The translations under genes were made by a program, and so were the position numbers. The notes below the pieces were generated by a model. The model worked only from the letters and a program-made list of their open reading frames with translations, was not told the DNA's origin and did no database searches. A stretch of DNA of 64,000 nucleotides from a virus (taxonomy: Duplodnaviria > Caudoviricetes): IMG/VR virus record IMGVR_UViG_3300012983_000031, positions 156,296 through 220,295 of that record; one strand, given 5' to 3'. How positions within the stretch are numbered: position 1 is the stretch's first letter; each line of letters opens with the position of its first letter. Shown piece by piece: positions 9,750 through 20,471 of this stretch.

Positions 9750-10250
9750 ATGAGTCAAAAAAACAAACAAAGCAAAAGCAAGAAGCAGTATGCGGATAAT
9801 TTTTATTATCCGTTTGTGAACCCGAACATTACTTACGGATTCTACAAGACATCGGAAGGTGATATTCGCAAGTCGAAATTCATCAAACTAAGTTTTCAAA
9901 GGAAAGATATTTATCACGCCGAAAACTCAAAGAGCGTTGTGTGCAAACTCAAATGTTACCTTTCATTTAACGTTCCAGATTTTATGGTTACGGAAATGAT
10001 GAAATTCACATCCTTTGAGGTTACAGGTGTTGCAATCTGTTCGGATGATGACACATTTGAACTTAACAAGGGAAAACTTATTGCCAGCGCAAAGGCGGAA
10101 AACGAGGCTTATCGAGTGGCAAGAAACATGTTGAAGACGATGCTCCAACAGTATGAGAACTTCCTTATTGGAGTTCGATCCCAGTTGGATATGTTTGAGT
10201 CGTTCAGCAAACATAACAACGATTTCATTGAAAGAGTTGTCGCTGAATAA
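9750..10250 (+). CDS. Hypothetical phage protein
   Basis: ORF after the sigma gene; GVAICSDDDTF...GK.IA..KAE motif. Confidence 0.75.
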   Translation: MSQKNKQSKSKKQYADNFYYPFVNPNITYGFYKTSEGDIRKSKFIKLSFQRKDIYHAENSKSVVCKLKCYLSFNVPDFMVTEMMKFTSFEVTGVAICSDDDTFELNKGKLIASAKAENEAYRVARNMLKTMLQQYENFLIGVRSQLDMFESFSKHNNDFIERVVAE

Positions 10251-10366
10251 GATAAAGGGGGATCTGTGATTCCCCTTTTTATTTTTCCTTTGTTAACATA
10301 AATTAACAATAATAATTTGCTCATGTCAAATAAAGTTCGTATATTTGCATCAAATTTATATTGATT

Positions 10367-10777
10367 ATGGTTACAAAGGAAATGATTGAAGAACTGAAGA
10401 AACAGGCAAAAGAGAAACTGGCTTACAAAAAGGCTCATAGAAGGGAGTTGATTATTAAGCACTTACAAGAAATGATGCCTTTTGATGATGAGCATATTTC
10501 AACGCCGCCTATTATTGATAAGGAAACGTATGATGAATATGTCATTCCTAACTTCATAAGGTGCGGTGCTATACCATCTTCTCAACTTATTGTTGGAAGA
10601 AAATACTACGGCAGTTGCAGGAATGCGAGTGAAGCGGTCTGGCTCGGTGACAAGTTTGAATATAAGCGAACTAAATTCGGCTCAACATATACAGAGAAGA
10701 TTAACAACTTTGACAACGATGACGGTTACGATCTTTTCGTTCCAATTCGTGAAATAAAAACAGAAAATAATCCATAA
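10367..10777 (+). CDS. Hypothetical protein
   Basis: Follows terminator 10256-10285 and promoter (-7 at 10340-10347). Confidence 0.75.
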   Translation: MVTKEMIEELKKQAKEKLAYKKAHRRELIIKHLQEMMPFDDEHISTPPIIDKETYDEYVIPNFIRCGAIPSSQLIVGRKYYGSCRNASEAVWLGDKFEYKRTKFGSTYTEKINNFDNDDGYDLFVPIREIKTENNP

Positions 10778-10795
10778 TATTTTTTGAAAAATAAA

Positions 10796-11248
10796 ATGGT
10801 AAAGAATTTGAAAAAGGAACCGAAAGACGGTGACATTCTGGTGCTAAAGAATAATCATAATATAATTTACAAATACAACGGAAATTATAATGGTTATGCG
10901 TCGTTCAAATACAATGCGTTTCATGTAGCACTTTGCTTTTGGGGAGAAAATGATGTTCCTACGGTGACGCATAAGGAGCATGACACAGAGGTTGTTTCCT
11001 ACGGTGCTGAATGGGAGTTCGCAACTGATGAAGAAATAAAACGTTTTAATGAAGGTCTGGAACTTGCAACCGATCAAAAGTTTCGTGAACATGTTTATGA
11101 AAATGTGGATAATATTGCAGAGTTAATGACGGAACTTTATGAAATTGATACTGATGATGAAAGAATTAAAATCGTTCTGGACACAATAAAGTCAGGATGG
11201 ATTGAAAAAATAATTAAAGATAAAGATAATTTCAAAAAATTAAAGTAG
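10796..11248 (+). CDS. Hypothetical protein
   Basis: Co-oriented ORF in the cassette. Confidence 0.7.
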   Translation: MVKNLKKEPKDGDILVLKNNHNIIYKYNGNYNGYASFKYNAFHVALCFWGENDVPTVTHKEHDTEVVSYGAEWEFATDEEIKRFNEGLELATDQKFREHVYENVDNIAELMTELYEIDTDDERIKIVLDTIKSGWIEKIIKDKDNFKKLK

Positions 11249-11250
11249 TT

Positions 11251-11526
11251 ATGGAAAACGTTATTTATAACCAAGCATCCCAAACGTATATTGATACGAT
11301 TAGATCAATTAAGGAGGAATACAAAGAAACTATAAAGAAGATGGATGAAATCATCAAGGAAGCCTCCTTGAAGAAAGAGTTTTATGTTTCTTTTACAAAG
11401 AACAATTTCCCTACAATCGAAGAAGATGCAAAATATCTTAAGATGTATTACATAGCAATGGGGTTCAATGTTGATTATTACATAGCGGATGTTAAAGGAT
11501 CAACCCTTGTTATCAAGTGGAAATGA
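11251..11526 (+). CDS. Hypothetical protein
   Basis: Co-oriented ORF; terminator 11561-11590 follows. Confidence 0.7.
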   Translation: MENVIYNQASQTYIDTIRSIKEEYKETIKKMDEIIKEASLKKEFYVSFTKNNFPTIEEDAKYLKMYYIAMGFNVDYYIADVKGSTLVIKWK

Positions 11527-11781
11527 GTTCATTTCAATGTCTTTTATTTTTATAAGTTGGTGGGATCGCCGAAAGGCGATCCTTTTTTTGTTGATGCCGA
11601 GGCAGAAATCTGTCGTCAGGCGTGGTTTGATAATGTCAATGACATTACTTAAATTAAGTTGATGGAAAAATATTATTGATACGTTAACATCATTTAACCA
11701 AAATAATTTGTCAGTTCAATAATAAATTTGTAACTTTGCAACATAATTCAATAAAGTATAAACCAATAAAACAAAAACAGA

Positions 11782-12015
11782 ATGAAGAAAGTTATAATCA
11801 ATGCAAGTATGGCGAATGCGCTTGATAAGATTGCAACACGGTCAAAGATGAATGACTGGTTCATAATTCACACAGATGAAGAACATAACCTGTATGTGGA
11901 TGTGGATGATGTAATAACTTTGTTTGAAGGTGCAACAGAATTTGATCTATCTGCACTTAAAAGTATTGATGTATATAATATCATCGAACTTTTTTTGCGT
12001 ATTCATAAAAATTAA
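11782..12015 (+). CDS. Hypothetical protein
   Basis: Cassette promoter (-7 at 11731-11738) and A-rich leader. Confidence 0.7.
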   Translation: MKKVIINASMANALDKIATRSKMNDWFIIHTDEEHNLYVDVDDVITLFEGATEFDLSALKSIDVYNIIELFLRIHKN

Positions 12016-12026
12016 ATAGAAATAAT

Positions 12027-12164
12027 ATGGAAAAGATTTATATTGTGATAGATGAAATCAAACGCAGATTGAATAATCTTGAAAAATGTAATACGGATAA
12101 CCCTTTAATCAAACAGGATATTGGGTGCTATAAAAGTTTGCTTACGTTTATTAACTCCTTATAA
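12027..12164 (+). CDS. Small hypothetical protein (45 aa)
   Basis: MEKIYIVIDEIKRRLNNLE...; fills the gap with an A-rich leader; below ORF-track cutoff. Confidence 0.55.
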   Translation: MEKIYIVIDEIKRRLNNLEKCNTDNPLIKQDIGCYKSLLTFINSL

Positions 12165-12173
12165 AAATAAATT

Positions 12174-12511
12174 ATGGGTACAACATTTTTTCAGGCATCG
12201 ACGATTTTGAAACACAAATTTCAGATGTGTACAATTTCCTGAACAACTGCAAGGAAACTGTAATCAACTATCTACGCAGCAAGGGCGGAAAGATTGAACT
12301 TTCTCCAATAGAGCAAACGAACTTCAAATTTTGCTTTCAGGAAATGGAAGGATTCTACACCGTAAAATCAATCGAACTCGACAAATCAGACGGGTATGTA
12401 CTTATCGTTGAGTCAAAATCAGGCGACACATACATAATCGCAGAGGATATTTTTCACACCGATCTCTACATTCAATCAACGATTATTGATAAAATTTTGA
12501 AGGATAAATAA
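12174..12511 (+). pseudogene. Frameshifted paralog of the 24548-24898 protein
   Basis: ATG 12174 is out of frame with the body (12227-12511); one extra T in the T6 run 12186-12191 restores MGTTFFSGIDDFETQISDVYNF, resembling MDTVFKDLNHFKNGLDIVYYF. Confidence 0.55.
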
Positions 12512-12526
12512 CAAAAACATGTAACA

Positions 12527-12925
12527 ATGAAAGGCGATTTTAGTATTTATATGGATGACCAAACAAAATTGTTTGGAATATCTGACAGCGACGGAAACAT
12601 CATCGTTAACGCAAAATATGACTCTCTTAACGACATGGGAGAACTTTACACTATGCTCGTTCTTGGAGAAATAGATAAAATGTCAATTCCTGACAAGGAA
12701 CAATGGCTTGAAGATAACGAAATCGAAACGTTAAGAGTGTGTGAAAACTGTGGCAAACTGATGCACGAAGGGTACACGCTCGCTGGCGAACACGCTTGTT
12801 CAGATGAATGCGCAATCAATCTTTATGTTGACAGGAACGGAAACGTGCTGCCTAACGCAGAGGAACTGTTCAATGAGGACATCGAGAACAATGGTGATGA
12901 TTGCTACTGGACTGCATGGGAATGA
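12527..12925 (+). CDS. Hypothetical protein with CxxC...CxxxC zinc-binding motif
   Basis: RVCENCGK...ACSDEC; ends YWTAWE. Confidence 0.75.
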   Translation: MKGDFSIYMDDQTKLFGISDSDGNIIVNAKYDSLNDMGELYTMLVLGEIDKMSIPDKEQWLEDNEIETLRVCENCGKLMHEGYTLAGEHACSDECAINLYVDRNGNVLPNAEELFNEDIENNGDDCYWTAWE

Positions 12926-13227
12926 AAATAATTTAGTTTTAATATGTTTCATTTCTTGAAAGGATAAACTACGTTTCATAATGATAAAAAACATTTTACA
13001 TTTGCGGATCATCGAAAGATGATCCCTTTTTTTGTTGTGCTTCAATAAGTTAAAAATAAAATGCGTAAATATGGTAATGTCAATGACATTACTAAAACGC
13101 AAATCCTGGTGTTAACAAACGTTAAGAACCAATCACTGGAGTTCGACTTAACACCATTTAACAGAAATATTTTTGCCATGTCATTTTTTATTCCTACCTT
13201 TGCAGACGTTTTTCAAATTAATATAAT

Positions 13228-13842
13228 ATGGTACTTACAACAAAATTTATCGAAGACAATTTCAGAAGATTTAATGCAGATTATTTTGACGGAAAACTTA
13301 TAACACCTATGTTCGCAGTAAGCAATAAAAAGATGGCGTTCGGTACATTACAGGTTGGCAATAAAAGATCGACAAAAGAAGTCACATATAAAATGAGTGT
13401 ATCTGATTACTACATAAGAAGCGAACAGGATATTCAGAATACAATCCTTCACGAAATGATCCACCTTTACATAAGACAGAACGGTCTTCGTGAAAGGGGT
13501 GATGCGCATGGTAAACTTTTCCAGTCGATTGCTGATAAGATAAATAAGCATGGTTGGAATGTTACCACAAAAACATCATCCAAGAATCTTGTTCCAAAAA
13601 CAAAAACGCTTTATAATATGGTCGCATTCATTGATGCAAACGGAAAACCGTTTCTAATGCGATACAGCAGAACAAAAAAGTCTAACTTGATACGTTGGTT
13701 TATCAAACAGGGTGTTGACGACAATAGCGTTATATGGTTTGTTTCAGATAACATCCATTATGACGGCTTCCCTTTGTGTGTAAAAAGAATCAGGGGAAAG
13801 TACATCAGTGATGATGAATACAACGGCATTAAGAAAAGTTAA
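13228..13842 (+). CDS. SprT-like zinc metalloprotease domain protein
   Basis: F..FN..YF, TILHEMIH (HExxH), AHG..F motifs. Confidence 0.85.
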   Translation: MVLTTKFIEDNFRRFNADYFDGKLITPMFAVSNKKMAFGTLQVGNKRSTKEVTYKMSVSDYYIRSEQDIQNTILHEMIHLYIRQNGLRERGDAHGKLFQSIADKINKHGWNVTTKTSSKNLVPKTKTLYNMVAFIDANGKPFLMRYSRTKKSNLIRWFIKQGVDDNSVIWFVSDNIHYDGFPLCVKRIRGKYISDDEYNGIKKS

Positions 13843-13913
13843 CTAAAATATTTTGTTCAATACAAATAAAAGCGGTAACTTTGCAACAAAATAAAACTAA
13901 ACATAAAACAATT

Positions 13914-14258
13914 ATGGGAACAAAAGTTTATTTCATTGAATATACTGGAAACCACACAGGGACACAGTACAACGATGATTTGGTAGGCATTGCCTTAAGT
14001 ATGACAGACGCAATCAATCTTATGTTTGACATCATACAACATGATCGGGAACTGTACGGAAATTTCATCAGCACAAAAGAAATGATTGAAGAAGATCGAA
14101 AATATTTCCTGTCCGCTGGAAAAATGGATGAATATATCCGTTCGACAAAAGGTTACAGTTATACAGATGAAGCAGGAAACGTTAATAATGTATTGGGGTA
14201 TTTCAGTTTCCGTATAAAGGAAAAAGTTATCTTTATAGGTAAGTATCAGGAAGACTGA
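13914..14258 (+). CDS. Hypothetical protein
   Basis: Promoter -7 at 13876-13883; start reassigned to ATG 13914. Confidence 0.7.
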   Translation: MGTKVYFIEYTGNHTGTQYNDDLVGIALSMTDAINLMFDIIQHDRELYGNFISTKEMIEEDRKYFLSAGKMDEYIRSTKGYSYTDEAGNVNNVLGYFSFRIKEKVIFIGKYQED

Positions 14259-14267
14259 CCGATATCT

Positions 14268-14370
14268 TTAACATCATTTAACTAAAATAATTTGGTTATG
14301 TCAGAATAAGTTCATAACTTTGCATCATCAGAATAAAAAATAGTATTAACCAACAAAAACAAAAACAATT
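14268..14370 (+). promoter_or_regulatory. Representative cassette promoter and leader (one of >50 near-identical copies)
   Basis: TTAACATCATTTAACTAAAATAATTTGG-N-TAACTTTGCA then AATAGTATTAACCAACAAAAACAAAAAC-ATG; matches the Bacteroidota -33 TTTG / -7 TAnnTTTG consensus. Confidence 0.9.
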
Positions 14371-15285
14371 ATGGATAGTGAACTTATTTTCAACATGGCG
14401 GCGAACAAAACAGTTTCCGAGATTAACAAGATGTATAATTACAGGAAACTCATTGACGATGTGCTGCCAGAAGCAATCAGGATGTACCTGTCAAGAAACT
14501 TGATTGATACGAATGAAAATAAAAAACTGTATTGCAGCATTTGCCTTGAAGGTGATGCACAGGGTCTTTCGTCGCTTGAGTTGCCAGAGGTTAAATCAAT
14601 ATGGCAAGATCCAGAAGAAGGAATAATATGGCTCGACATCTACGGTGCTGAACAGCCAATAGAACTTGATGACATTTATCTCGAAGATCAACTTTTAATC
14701 GTTAACGAATTGAAGTTCGATGACAACAAAAATAAAATCCATTTCGTCAACGATAGAAGCGAAACACAACGTGGTGTTAAGTTGAATGACGGTCGTATCG
14801 TTTCATTGTATGATGAAAATAACCAGTTCTACCTCCGTTTCGATGATGTAATCGATCTTGAAAAAGGAATTATTGTTTCTGGCTCAAAAGGCGTTCACCA
14901 ACCAGAGTTGACAAAAGATGAACTCGCAAACGGTTACACTACGCTTAACAAACTCATTCGAGAAGGAAAGGCTGAAAAGGAAGAAGTTCATTGTTACGAT
15001 GAATGCAGTTATGATGCAAGTGTGTGGCTTAATGAATATGAAAATGATTCAGAATGTATTGACATTAATGAAATTATTGATTATTTTGCAGAACATGGGT
15101 TCAACGTTACCAAAGAAGCGTTGCAGCATAACATTGATGCGTGGAGTTCTGATTTCAAGTCAGGTTATCGTGATGATGAAAACGGCTATCATCTTTTTAC
15201 ACCGTGCGGCTGCAACAAACTTTCTTTCAAAGCAACATCACTTGATGCTAACTGCATCACATGGCAGTCAACATACGAAGTTTAA
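14371..15285 (+). CDS. Hypothetical protein (probably multi-module)
   Basis: 304-aa acidic ORF after a consensus promoter. Confidence 0.8.
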   Translation: MDSELIFNMAANKTVSEINKMYNYRKLIDDVLPEAIRMYLSRNLIDTNENKKLYCSICLEGDAQGLSSLELPEVKSIWQDPEEGIIWLDIYGAEQPIELDDIYLEDQLLIVNELKFDDNKNKIHFVNDRSETQRGVKLNDGRIVSLYDENNQFYLRFDDVIDLEKGIIVSGSKGVHQPELTKDELANGYTTLNKLIREGKAEKEEVHCYDECSYDASVWLNEYENDSECIDINEIIDYFAEHGFNVTKEALQHNIDAWSSDFKSGYRDDENGYHLFTPCGCNKLSFKATSLDANCITWQSTYEV

Positions 15286-15514
15286 CATTTTTTACTAACC
15301 AGAGGGTTGGGTTCGCCTGAAAAGGTTTCTGTTCTCAACCCTCATTATTAAAAAACATTATGGACATTTGAACGAACACGGCAAAAGTATTTTTGATAAA
15401 AGTTTTGACGATTAACATTTTTTAATCAAAATAATTTTGTCAGTTCAAATATTATCTGTAACTTTGCAACAGAAAAATAAAAAATAGTATCAACCAACAA
15501 AAACAAAAAGCAGT

Positions 15515-15796
15515 ATGACTACAACATTGGAAAATGGAACGAAAATCGTTTCGAGTGTACTTACAGAAGACCAGCATAACGCTGCCGTTGAAATCATTAA
15601 AAAGAACCTTCGCACGAACGGAAACTATACAGCCGTTGAAGCAGATGAAGAAATGGTGAAGGAGTGGGCTAAAAATTACAATGATGAAAGTGTTCTATTA
15701 AACGATGCACTTGAACATTACGGTGACGTTTTCACCCTGATGGATCAAATCTCCTATGGTTTCGCACAACCTCTTGGTGAATTTGTCGTTTATTAA
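15515..15796 (+). CDS. Hypothetical protein
   Basis: Consensus promoter (-7 at 15459-15466) and leader. Confidence 0.75.
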   Translation: MTTTLENGTKIVSSVLTEDQHNAAVEIIKKNLRTNGNYTAVEADEEMVKEWAKNYNDESVLLNDALEHYGDVFTLMDQISYGFAQPLGEFVVY

Positions 15797-15817
15797 TAAA
15801 CTAAAAATCATACAGTT

Positions 15818-16054
15818 ATGACAACAAAACAACTTATTGCCAGAGTCAAAAAGTACTTTCGTGTTAATGGTTCTATATCTCTAAAAGGTATGTCAGTTCA
15901 CGAAATGACACAAGGTATGGGAAAGATGATCAATCTCGACAGGCTTTGTGTGGATGATAACCAACTTGGAGTTATGGCTGTACAGAACTCATGGTTTATT
16001 CCTCTGGAAGAACTTACATTCAGCGAATTAAAGAACGTTCTAAAACATTTTTAA
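15818..16054 (+). CDS. Hypothetical protein
   Basis: Co-oriented cassette ORF. Confidence 0.7.
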   Translation: MTTKQLIARVKKYFRVNGSISLKGMSVHEMTQGMGKMINLDRLCVDDNQLGVMAVQNSWFIPLEELTFSELKNVLKHF

Positions 16055-16057
16055 GAA

Positions 16058-16546
16058 ATGAAAGTAGTAAAAAAGCATACAATATCTGATTTGACACACG
16101 AGAATCTCGTGGATTTGTTCGCAACCGCCCTGTATGGATCGTCTTACTTGTATGCGTATTATGACGATGTGTTCTACAACTCATTGCCAGATGACAAAAA
16201 GCAAGGTGATTGTCTTGAAGACAAACTTGCAGACACCCTTTTGAACGGCGGAGAAATTTATTTTCTCGACTCCTATGCAGAAGGTGAACTGTACGGCGAA
16301 CTCCAGAAAAAGGAAATTGTTGAAAGCGAGGATGGCTGCGAGGATGGCAAATACACTTTGACCTTGAAGGACATCATTGAAGGTCTGGAACATGCGGCGA
16401 ACGGAACGTATAAAAAATATAATGAGGATGAAGATTATGGTGAAACTGCGTTCGATTATTATGCCAAAGATTCCTCGGCATTTGATTTGACAGAAGCAGA
16501 CATTCTCATTCAAATCATCCTGTTTAATGAAGTCGTTTACGGATAA
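16058..16546 (+). CDS. Hypothetical phage protein
   Basis: Ends D...AD..IQ..LF.EVVYG; terminator 16587-16630. Confidence 0.8.
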   Translation: MKVVKKHTISDLTHENLVDLFATALYGSSYLYAYYDDVFYNSLPDDKKQGDCLEDKLADTLLNGGEIYFLDSYAEGELYGELQKKEIVESEDGCEDGKYTLTLKDIIEGLEHAANGTYKKYNEDEDYGETAFDYYAKDSSAFDLTEADILIQIILFNEVVYG

Positions 16547-16858
16547 GAATGAATGTGATATAAATAAGTCAAAGATCAATTAATGATGGGAAGGCTCCAC
16601 AGCGGTGGATAAAGCCTTCCCTTTTTTTTGTTGTGTATCAATAAGTTACAACAAAGATTAAGACTGAATAACGTTGACAGGGGGTACCCGCAAAGTAATG
16701 TCATTGACATTACCAGTTCTGAAATGGTTCCAAGTTGGAACCAATTAAATTCAAATTATTAACAAAATTTAACTAAAATAATTTTGCAGTTTCAAATATT
16801 GTTTGTAAATTTGCATCACGATTAAATAAAGTATAAACCAGCAAAAACAAAAATCATT

Positions 16859-17149
16859 ATGAGTAAGGTATTAAACAACACAGTCAGGTTCTACGGATAC
16901 GGCAACGAACTGACGATGAAGTTTTCCGACAGGGAAATGAAAGATCTCCGTTATTACACAATCCCGACTCGTGGTTATGACAGATCGAAATTGACATACG
17001 GCGAACTGTATAATTTCTCCCTGCACGCGTTTTGCAGTCATGAACTCCGCAATTCATCAAAGGGTGGAAGGCTTGCCGCCGCTTTTCCATATCACAAGAA
17101 CGAAAGGGTGATTTGGAACCTTGAACATCATTTTAATATAAACCAGTAA
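16859..17149 (+). CDS. Hypothetical protein
   Basis: Consensus promoter (-7 at 16806-16813). Confidence 0.7.
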   Translation: MSKVLNNTVRFYGYGNELTMKFSDREMKDLRYYTIPTRGYDRSKLTYGELYNFSLHAFCSHELRNSSKGGRLAAAFPYHKNERVIWNLEHHFNINQ

Positions 17150-17158
17150 ATCTTTTGA

Positions 17159-17365
17159 ATGATGAAACATCTTAATGTAATAGTGTTGGCGATAGGAATT
17201 ATATCATTCCTAATTCCAGTTGTATTTTCATACATCAGGCTTAACGAACCAATGGATGAAACGGTTTCAGCGACATTACTGATTATTGGTTCTGCTTTGA
17301 TTGTAATTTCTTATGTATGGACTATAATCGAAAAATCAAATGACATTAAAAAAAATGAGCAATAA
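17159..17365 (+). CDS. Small two-TM membrane protein
   Basis: Two hydrophobic helices. Confidence 0.7.
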   Translation: MMKHLNVIVLAIGIISFLIPVVFSYIRLNEPMDETVSATLLIIGSALIVISYVWTIIEKSNDIKKNEQ

Positions 17366-17558
17366 ACTGTTTATATGTAGCATATCTCTGATTTTCGCTT
17401 CGCTTTTGCTCGCTGCAATATCAGTTGTTCTTGCTATGCTGTTTGAACTGTATGAAATTTCAATCACAATCGCAATGATAGGTCTTATTTCTGAGGTAAT
17501 CGGTTTTGGGCTTTATATCGTCGCTTTGGTTAGAGATCCCTATTGTGATTTGTGGTGA
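17355..17558 (+). CDS. Small two-TM membrane protein
   Basis: Two hydrophobic helices; overlaps previous stop. Confidence 0.7.
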   Translation: MSNKLFICSISLIFASLLLAAISVVLAMLFELYEISITIAMIGLISEVIGFGLYIVALVRDPYCDLW

Positions 17559-17676
17559 AATTATTTTCAGCGGTTTAACATCATTTAACTAAAAGAATTT
17601 GGTGATGTCAAAATAAGTCCGTAACTTTGCAACATCAAAATAAAAAACAACCAACAAACAAAAAACAAAAGACATT

Positions 17677-18510
17677 ATGGAGAATTACAAAAAGACTTTG
17701 AAAGAATGTGGTTTCAATTACCTTGGCGGTCTTAAAAGATCAGCAAAGATGACGAAGTCGTTCAATCACAATGTAGCCACATACTGTGTGTACCTTGCAC
17801 CAGCAAACATGGCTGGGAGAACTAAAAAGGGAACAAGAATCAATGTGTGTCCTATGAGCACACACTGTAAGGAACTCTGCCTTAATTCCTCTGGACACAA
17901 TAAGGCTGACATCCTTTCGCATGGCAAAGAAAATTCCCGTCAGTCAGACATCAACAAGTGCCGTATCAAGAAAACGAAACTGTTCTACAACGACAGGGAT
18001 TTGTATATGGATATTCTTATCCATGAAATCACCCGTGATCGCAAATATGCACAGAACAACGGCATGGAATTTTCAGTTCGCCTCAACGGTACATCTGACC
18101 TTTCACCTGAAATCATGTGCAAAGATGGAAAGAACATTCTTGAAATCTTCCCTGATGTTCAGTTCTACGACTACACCAAAGTCCCAAACAGAATTAAACT
18201 GATGAAACTTTATCCTAATTATGACATCACATTTTCGTTCGATGGCTACAACTGGGATACATGCGAGGAATTTCTTAACAACGGCGGCAAGGTTGCTGTG
18301 GTGTTCGACAGCGAAAAGATGCCAGCATACTATAAGGGATATAAAGTAGTGGATGCAAACGAATATGATATGCGCTACCTCGATCCAAATGGTTGCATTA
18401 TGGGACTGGAATTTCATCCAATCGTAAAGGATGGAAAAGTGATGAAAGCACAGGATGTTGACGATCCGTTTGTCATTAAGACACAAAACAATCCTGATGT
18501 GAAATTCTGA
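17677..18510 (+). CDS. Gene product 88 (GP88)-like phage protein
   Basis: YLAPA, NVCP...C...CL..SG, VRLNGTSDL, VQFYDYTK, DMRYLD motifs. Confidence 0.7.
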   Translation: MENYKKTLKECGFNYLGGLKRSAKMTKSFNHNVATYCVYLAPANMAGRTKKGTRINVCPMSTHCKELCLNSSGHNKADILSHGKENSRQSDINKCRIKKTKLFYNDRDLYMDILIHEITRDRKYAQNNGMEFSVRLNGTSDLSPEIMCKDGKNILEIFPDVQFYDYTKVPNRIKLMKLYPNYDITFSFDGYNWDTCEEFLNNGGKVAVVFDSEKMPAYYKGYKVVDANEYDMRYLDPNGCIMGLEFHPIVKDGKVMKAQDVDDPFVIKTQNNPDVKF

Positions 18511-18618
18511 TAACAAAACTTACATAAAACCATAACTAAACATATACATTTTGTTTTTTTGTTGGTTGGGTCGGCTCGGTGCTCCTTATGGTTCGAGCCG
18601 ACCTGTTTTTTGCATCTT

Positions 18619-18730
18619 ATGAAATATGTTAACGAATGTTAACACCAGGAGGACAACTCTGGTAATGTCAATGACATTACTTGAAATTCGTCGCTGACGC
18701 GTTTTTTAATCGACACCTGTACAACTTACC
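18619..18730. repeat. ~110-bp intergenic repeat, inverted copy at 30285-30395
   Basis: AATATGTTAACGAATGTTAACACCAGGAGGACAACTCTG-palindrome-TTGAAATTCG...TTTTTTAATCGACACCTGT near-identical in reverse complement. Confidence 0.9.
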
Positions 18731-18874
18731 AGATGATAATCAATAATGCAGCAGACAAAGAATTTGATGCCGTTTAACGTACTTTAACACAATATATTTG
18801 TTTATTACAAATATTATCCGTAACTTTGCACCAGATTATAAATAAATCCGTGAGGATTAAATAACAATTTACTT

Positions 18875-19159
18875 ATGACAAAGACTGAAATAATGTACAG
18901 GATAACCGATACTTTCGGAAAACCTGCAAGCCCGCTACCAAAAAAATGTAAGATGCTGGGCGTAAGAGTGTTCGCAGATAGAACCATTCTGATTGACGGC
19001 AACAACCAATGCCGAAGGATTGAGTATTACACCAAAGACAAACTCGCCACAATACTTTATGAAATAGGAACTGACAAGGACAGGATCGATCTCCTGATGT
19101 CAAAGAATGTTTCACAAAAGATAGTGGATGACTATCAGAAGATAAAAAAGGATTGTTAA
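18875..19159 (+). CDS. Hypothetical protein
   Basis: Promoter -7 at 18821-18828; terminator 19202-19236. Confidence 0.7.
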   Translation: MTKTEIMYRITDTFGKPASPLPKKCKMLGVRVFADRTILIDGNNQCRRIEYYTKDKLATILYEIGTDKDRIDLLMSKNVSQKIVDDYQKIKKDC

Positions 19160-19308
19160 TAAATAATGATTGAATTTTTAATTATGAATAATGAGTGTTT
19201 TGCCGTGCAGTTCGTGAGAATAGTACGGCATTTTTACATTCTTTAACTAAAATAATTTGGTAATGTCACAATAAGTTCGTAACTTTGCATTATAAAATAA
19301 AAAACATT

Positions 19309-19500
19309 ATGAAACGAACAATAAAGCGAAAACAAAATCTGTACGATGTTGACTGCATATCCGAAGGAGGAGTGTGTTATGTTACACATTTGTTTTGTGA
19401 CTGGGATACAGTTAAATCATACAGGAGAATTGCACGAATGCTCGGCGAAACAATAAGATACGAGAAATCAGGAACTAAAGAATATACATACACATTATAA
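19309..19500 (+). CDS. Hypothetical protein
   Basis: Promoter -7 at 19280-19287. Confidence 0.65.
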   Translation: MKRTIKRKQNLYDVDCISEGGVCYVTHLFCDWDTVKSYRRIARMLGETIRYEKSGTKEYTYTL

Positions 19501-19524
19501 ACCAATTAAAAAACAACATCAACT

Positions 19525-19929
19525 ATGACACCAATTAAAATGAACAATGTGGCTAATTACGAAGCAATTTCCGTAACGCTTACACCAGAAAGATTCCCAA
19601 TCGCTTACAAGAACAAACTTGAAGAACTCATGGATGTTCAGGCGTTCGATACGATTGAAGAAGCGGAAGCGTGGATCAAGTCAACGCCGATTGAACTCGA
19701 ACTGTATTACGAAAACGGCTACGGGTTGTTCGGAGCAGAAGCGGAAGTAATCGAAGACGGATGGATCAGATCACCGTATTCAACAGCACCAGTTCTGGAT
19801 GATGACGAATATGAAATCGTCAAGAAGCAATCAGACCTGACAACGGATGAAATCGTCAATAAGGCGATTGAACTCGCACGTCAGCACAGATTGAGTGAGT
19901 TGAAGGATTTTGTATGCAACACAATCTAA
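19525..19929 (+). CDS. Hypothetical protein
   Basis: A-rich leader; terminator 19941-19971. Confidence 0.75.
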   Translation: MTPIKMNNVANYEAISVTLTPERFPIAYKNKLEELMDVQAFDTIEEAEAWIKSTPIELELYYENGYGLFGAEAEVIEDGWIRSPYSTAPVLDDDEYEIVKKQSDLTTDEIVNKAIELARQHRLSELKDFVCNTI

Positions 19930-20012
19930 AAAGGCATAAAAGGATTGAAGGTCATTCTTCAATCTTTTTTTGTGCGAATAAATAAATGGATAAAACAAAC
20001 ACCAGAAACAAT

Positions 20013-20231
20013 ATGGGAAATAGAACTATCAAAGATCTCTGTGGAAATGAATATTTCATACAGGAAGCAAAGGACAAAGGCGGAACATATCTTGAAGTTC
20101 ACGAAGTCGTAAACGTGGATGGAAAGAAAATGAAGACATATCTTTGCGAACTCGGAATGTCACTTAAGGATGATGACAACGAAATACTGGATGAAATAGA
20201 TGATTTGAAGGCGAAGTTCGTCAACGAATGA
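20013..20231 (+). CDS. Hypothetical protein
   Basis: No host-type promoter; AATAAATA upstream at 19977-19984. Confidence 0.6.
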   Translation: MGNRTIKDLCGNEYFIQEAKDKGGTYLEVHEVVNVDGKKMKTYLCELGMSLKDDDNEILDEIDDLKAKFVNE

Positions 20232-20471
20232 CACAGGCGAACGGCACAAACACATAATAACTGGATGATCGATTTCTCGATCATCTTTTTTTGTTCAATG
20301 GCAGAATCGGCATGGGGTGCCACCCTGTCGGTAATGTCAATGACATTACCAGACCTTCATCCCGTCGTCTTGGTTCGCTCTGGAGTTCGACAAAAAAACA
20401 AAAAGTCCGATCCTGTCATCACGACAGAACCGAACCACAAAATCTAAATACTAACTAAATTATCTAACCGA

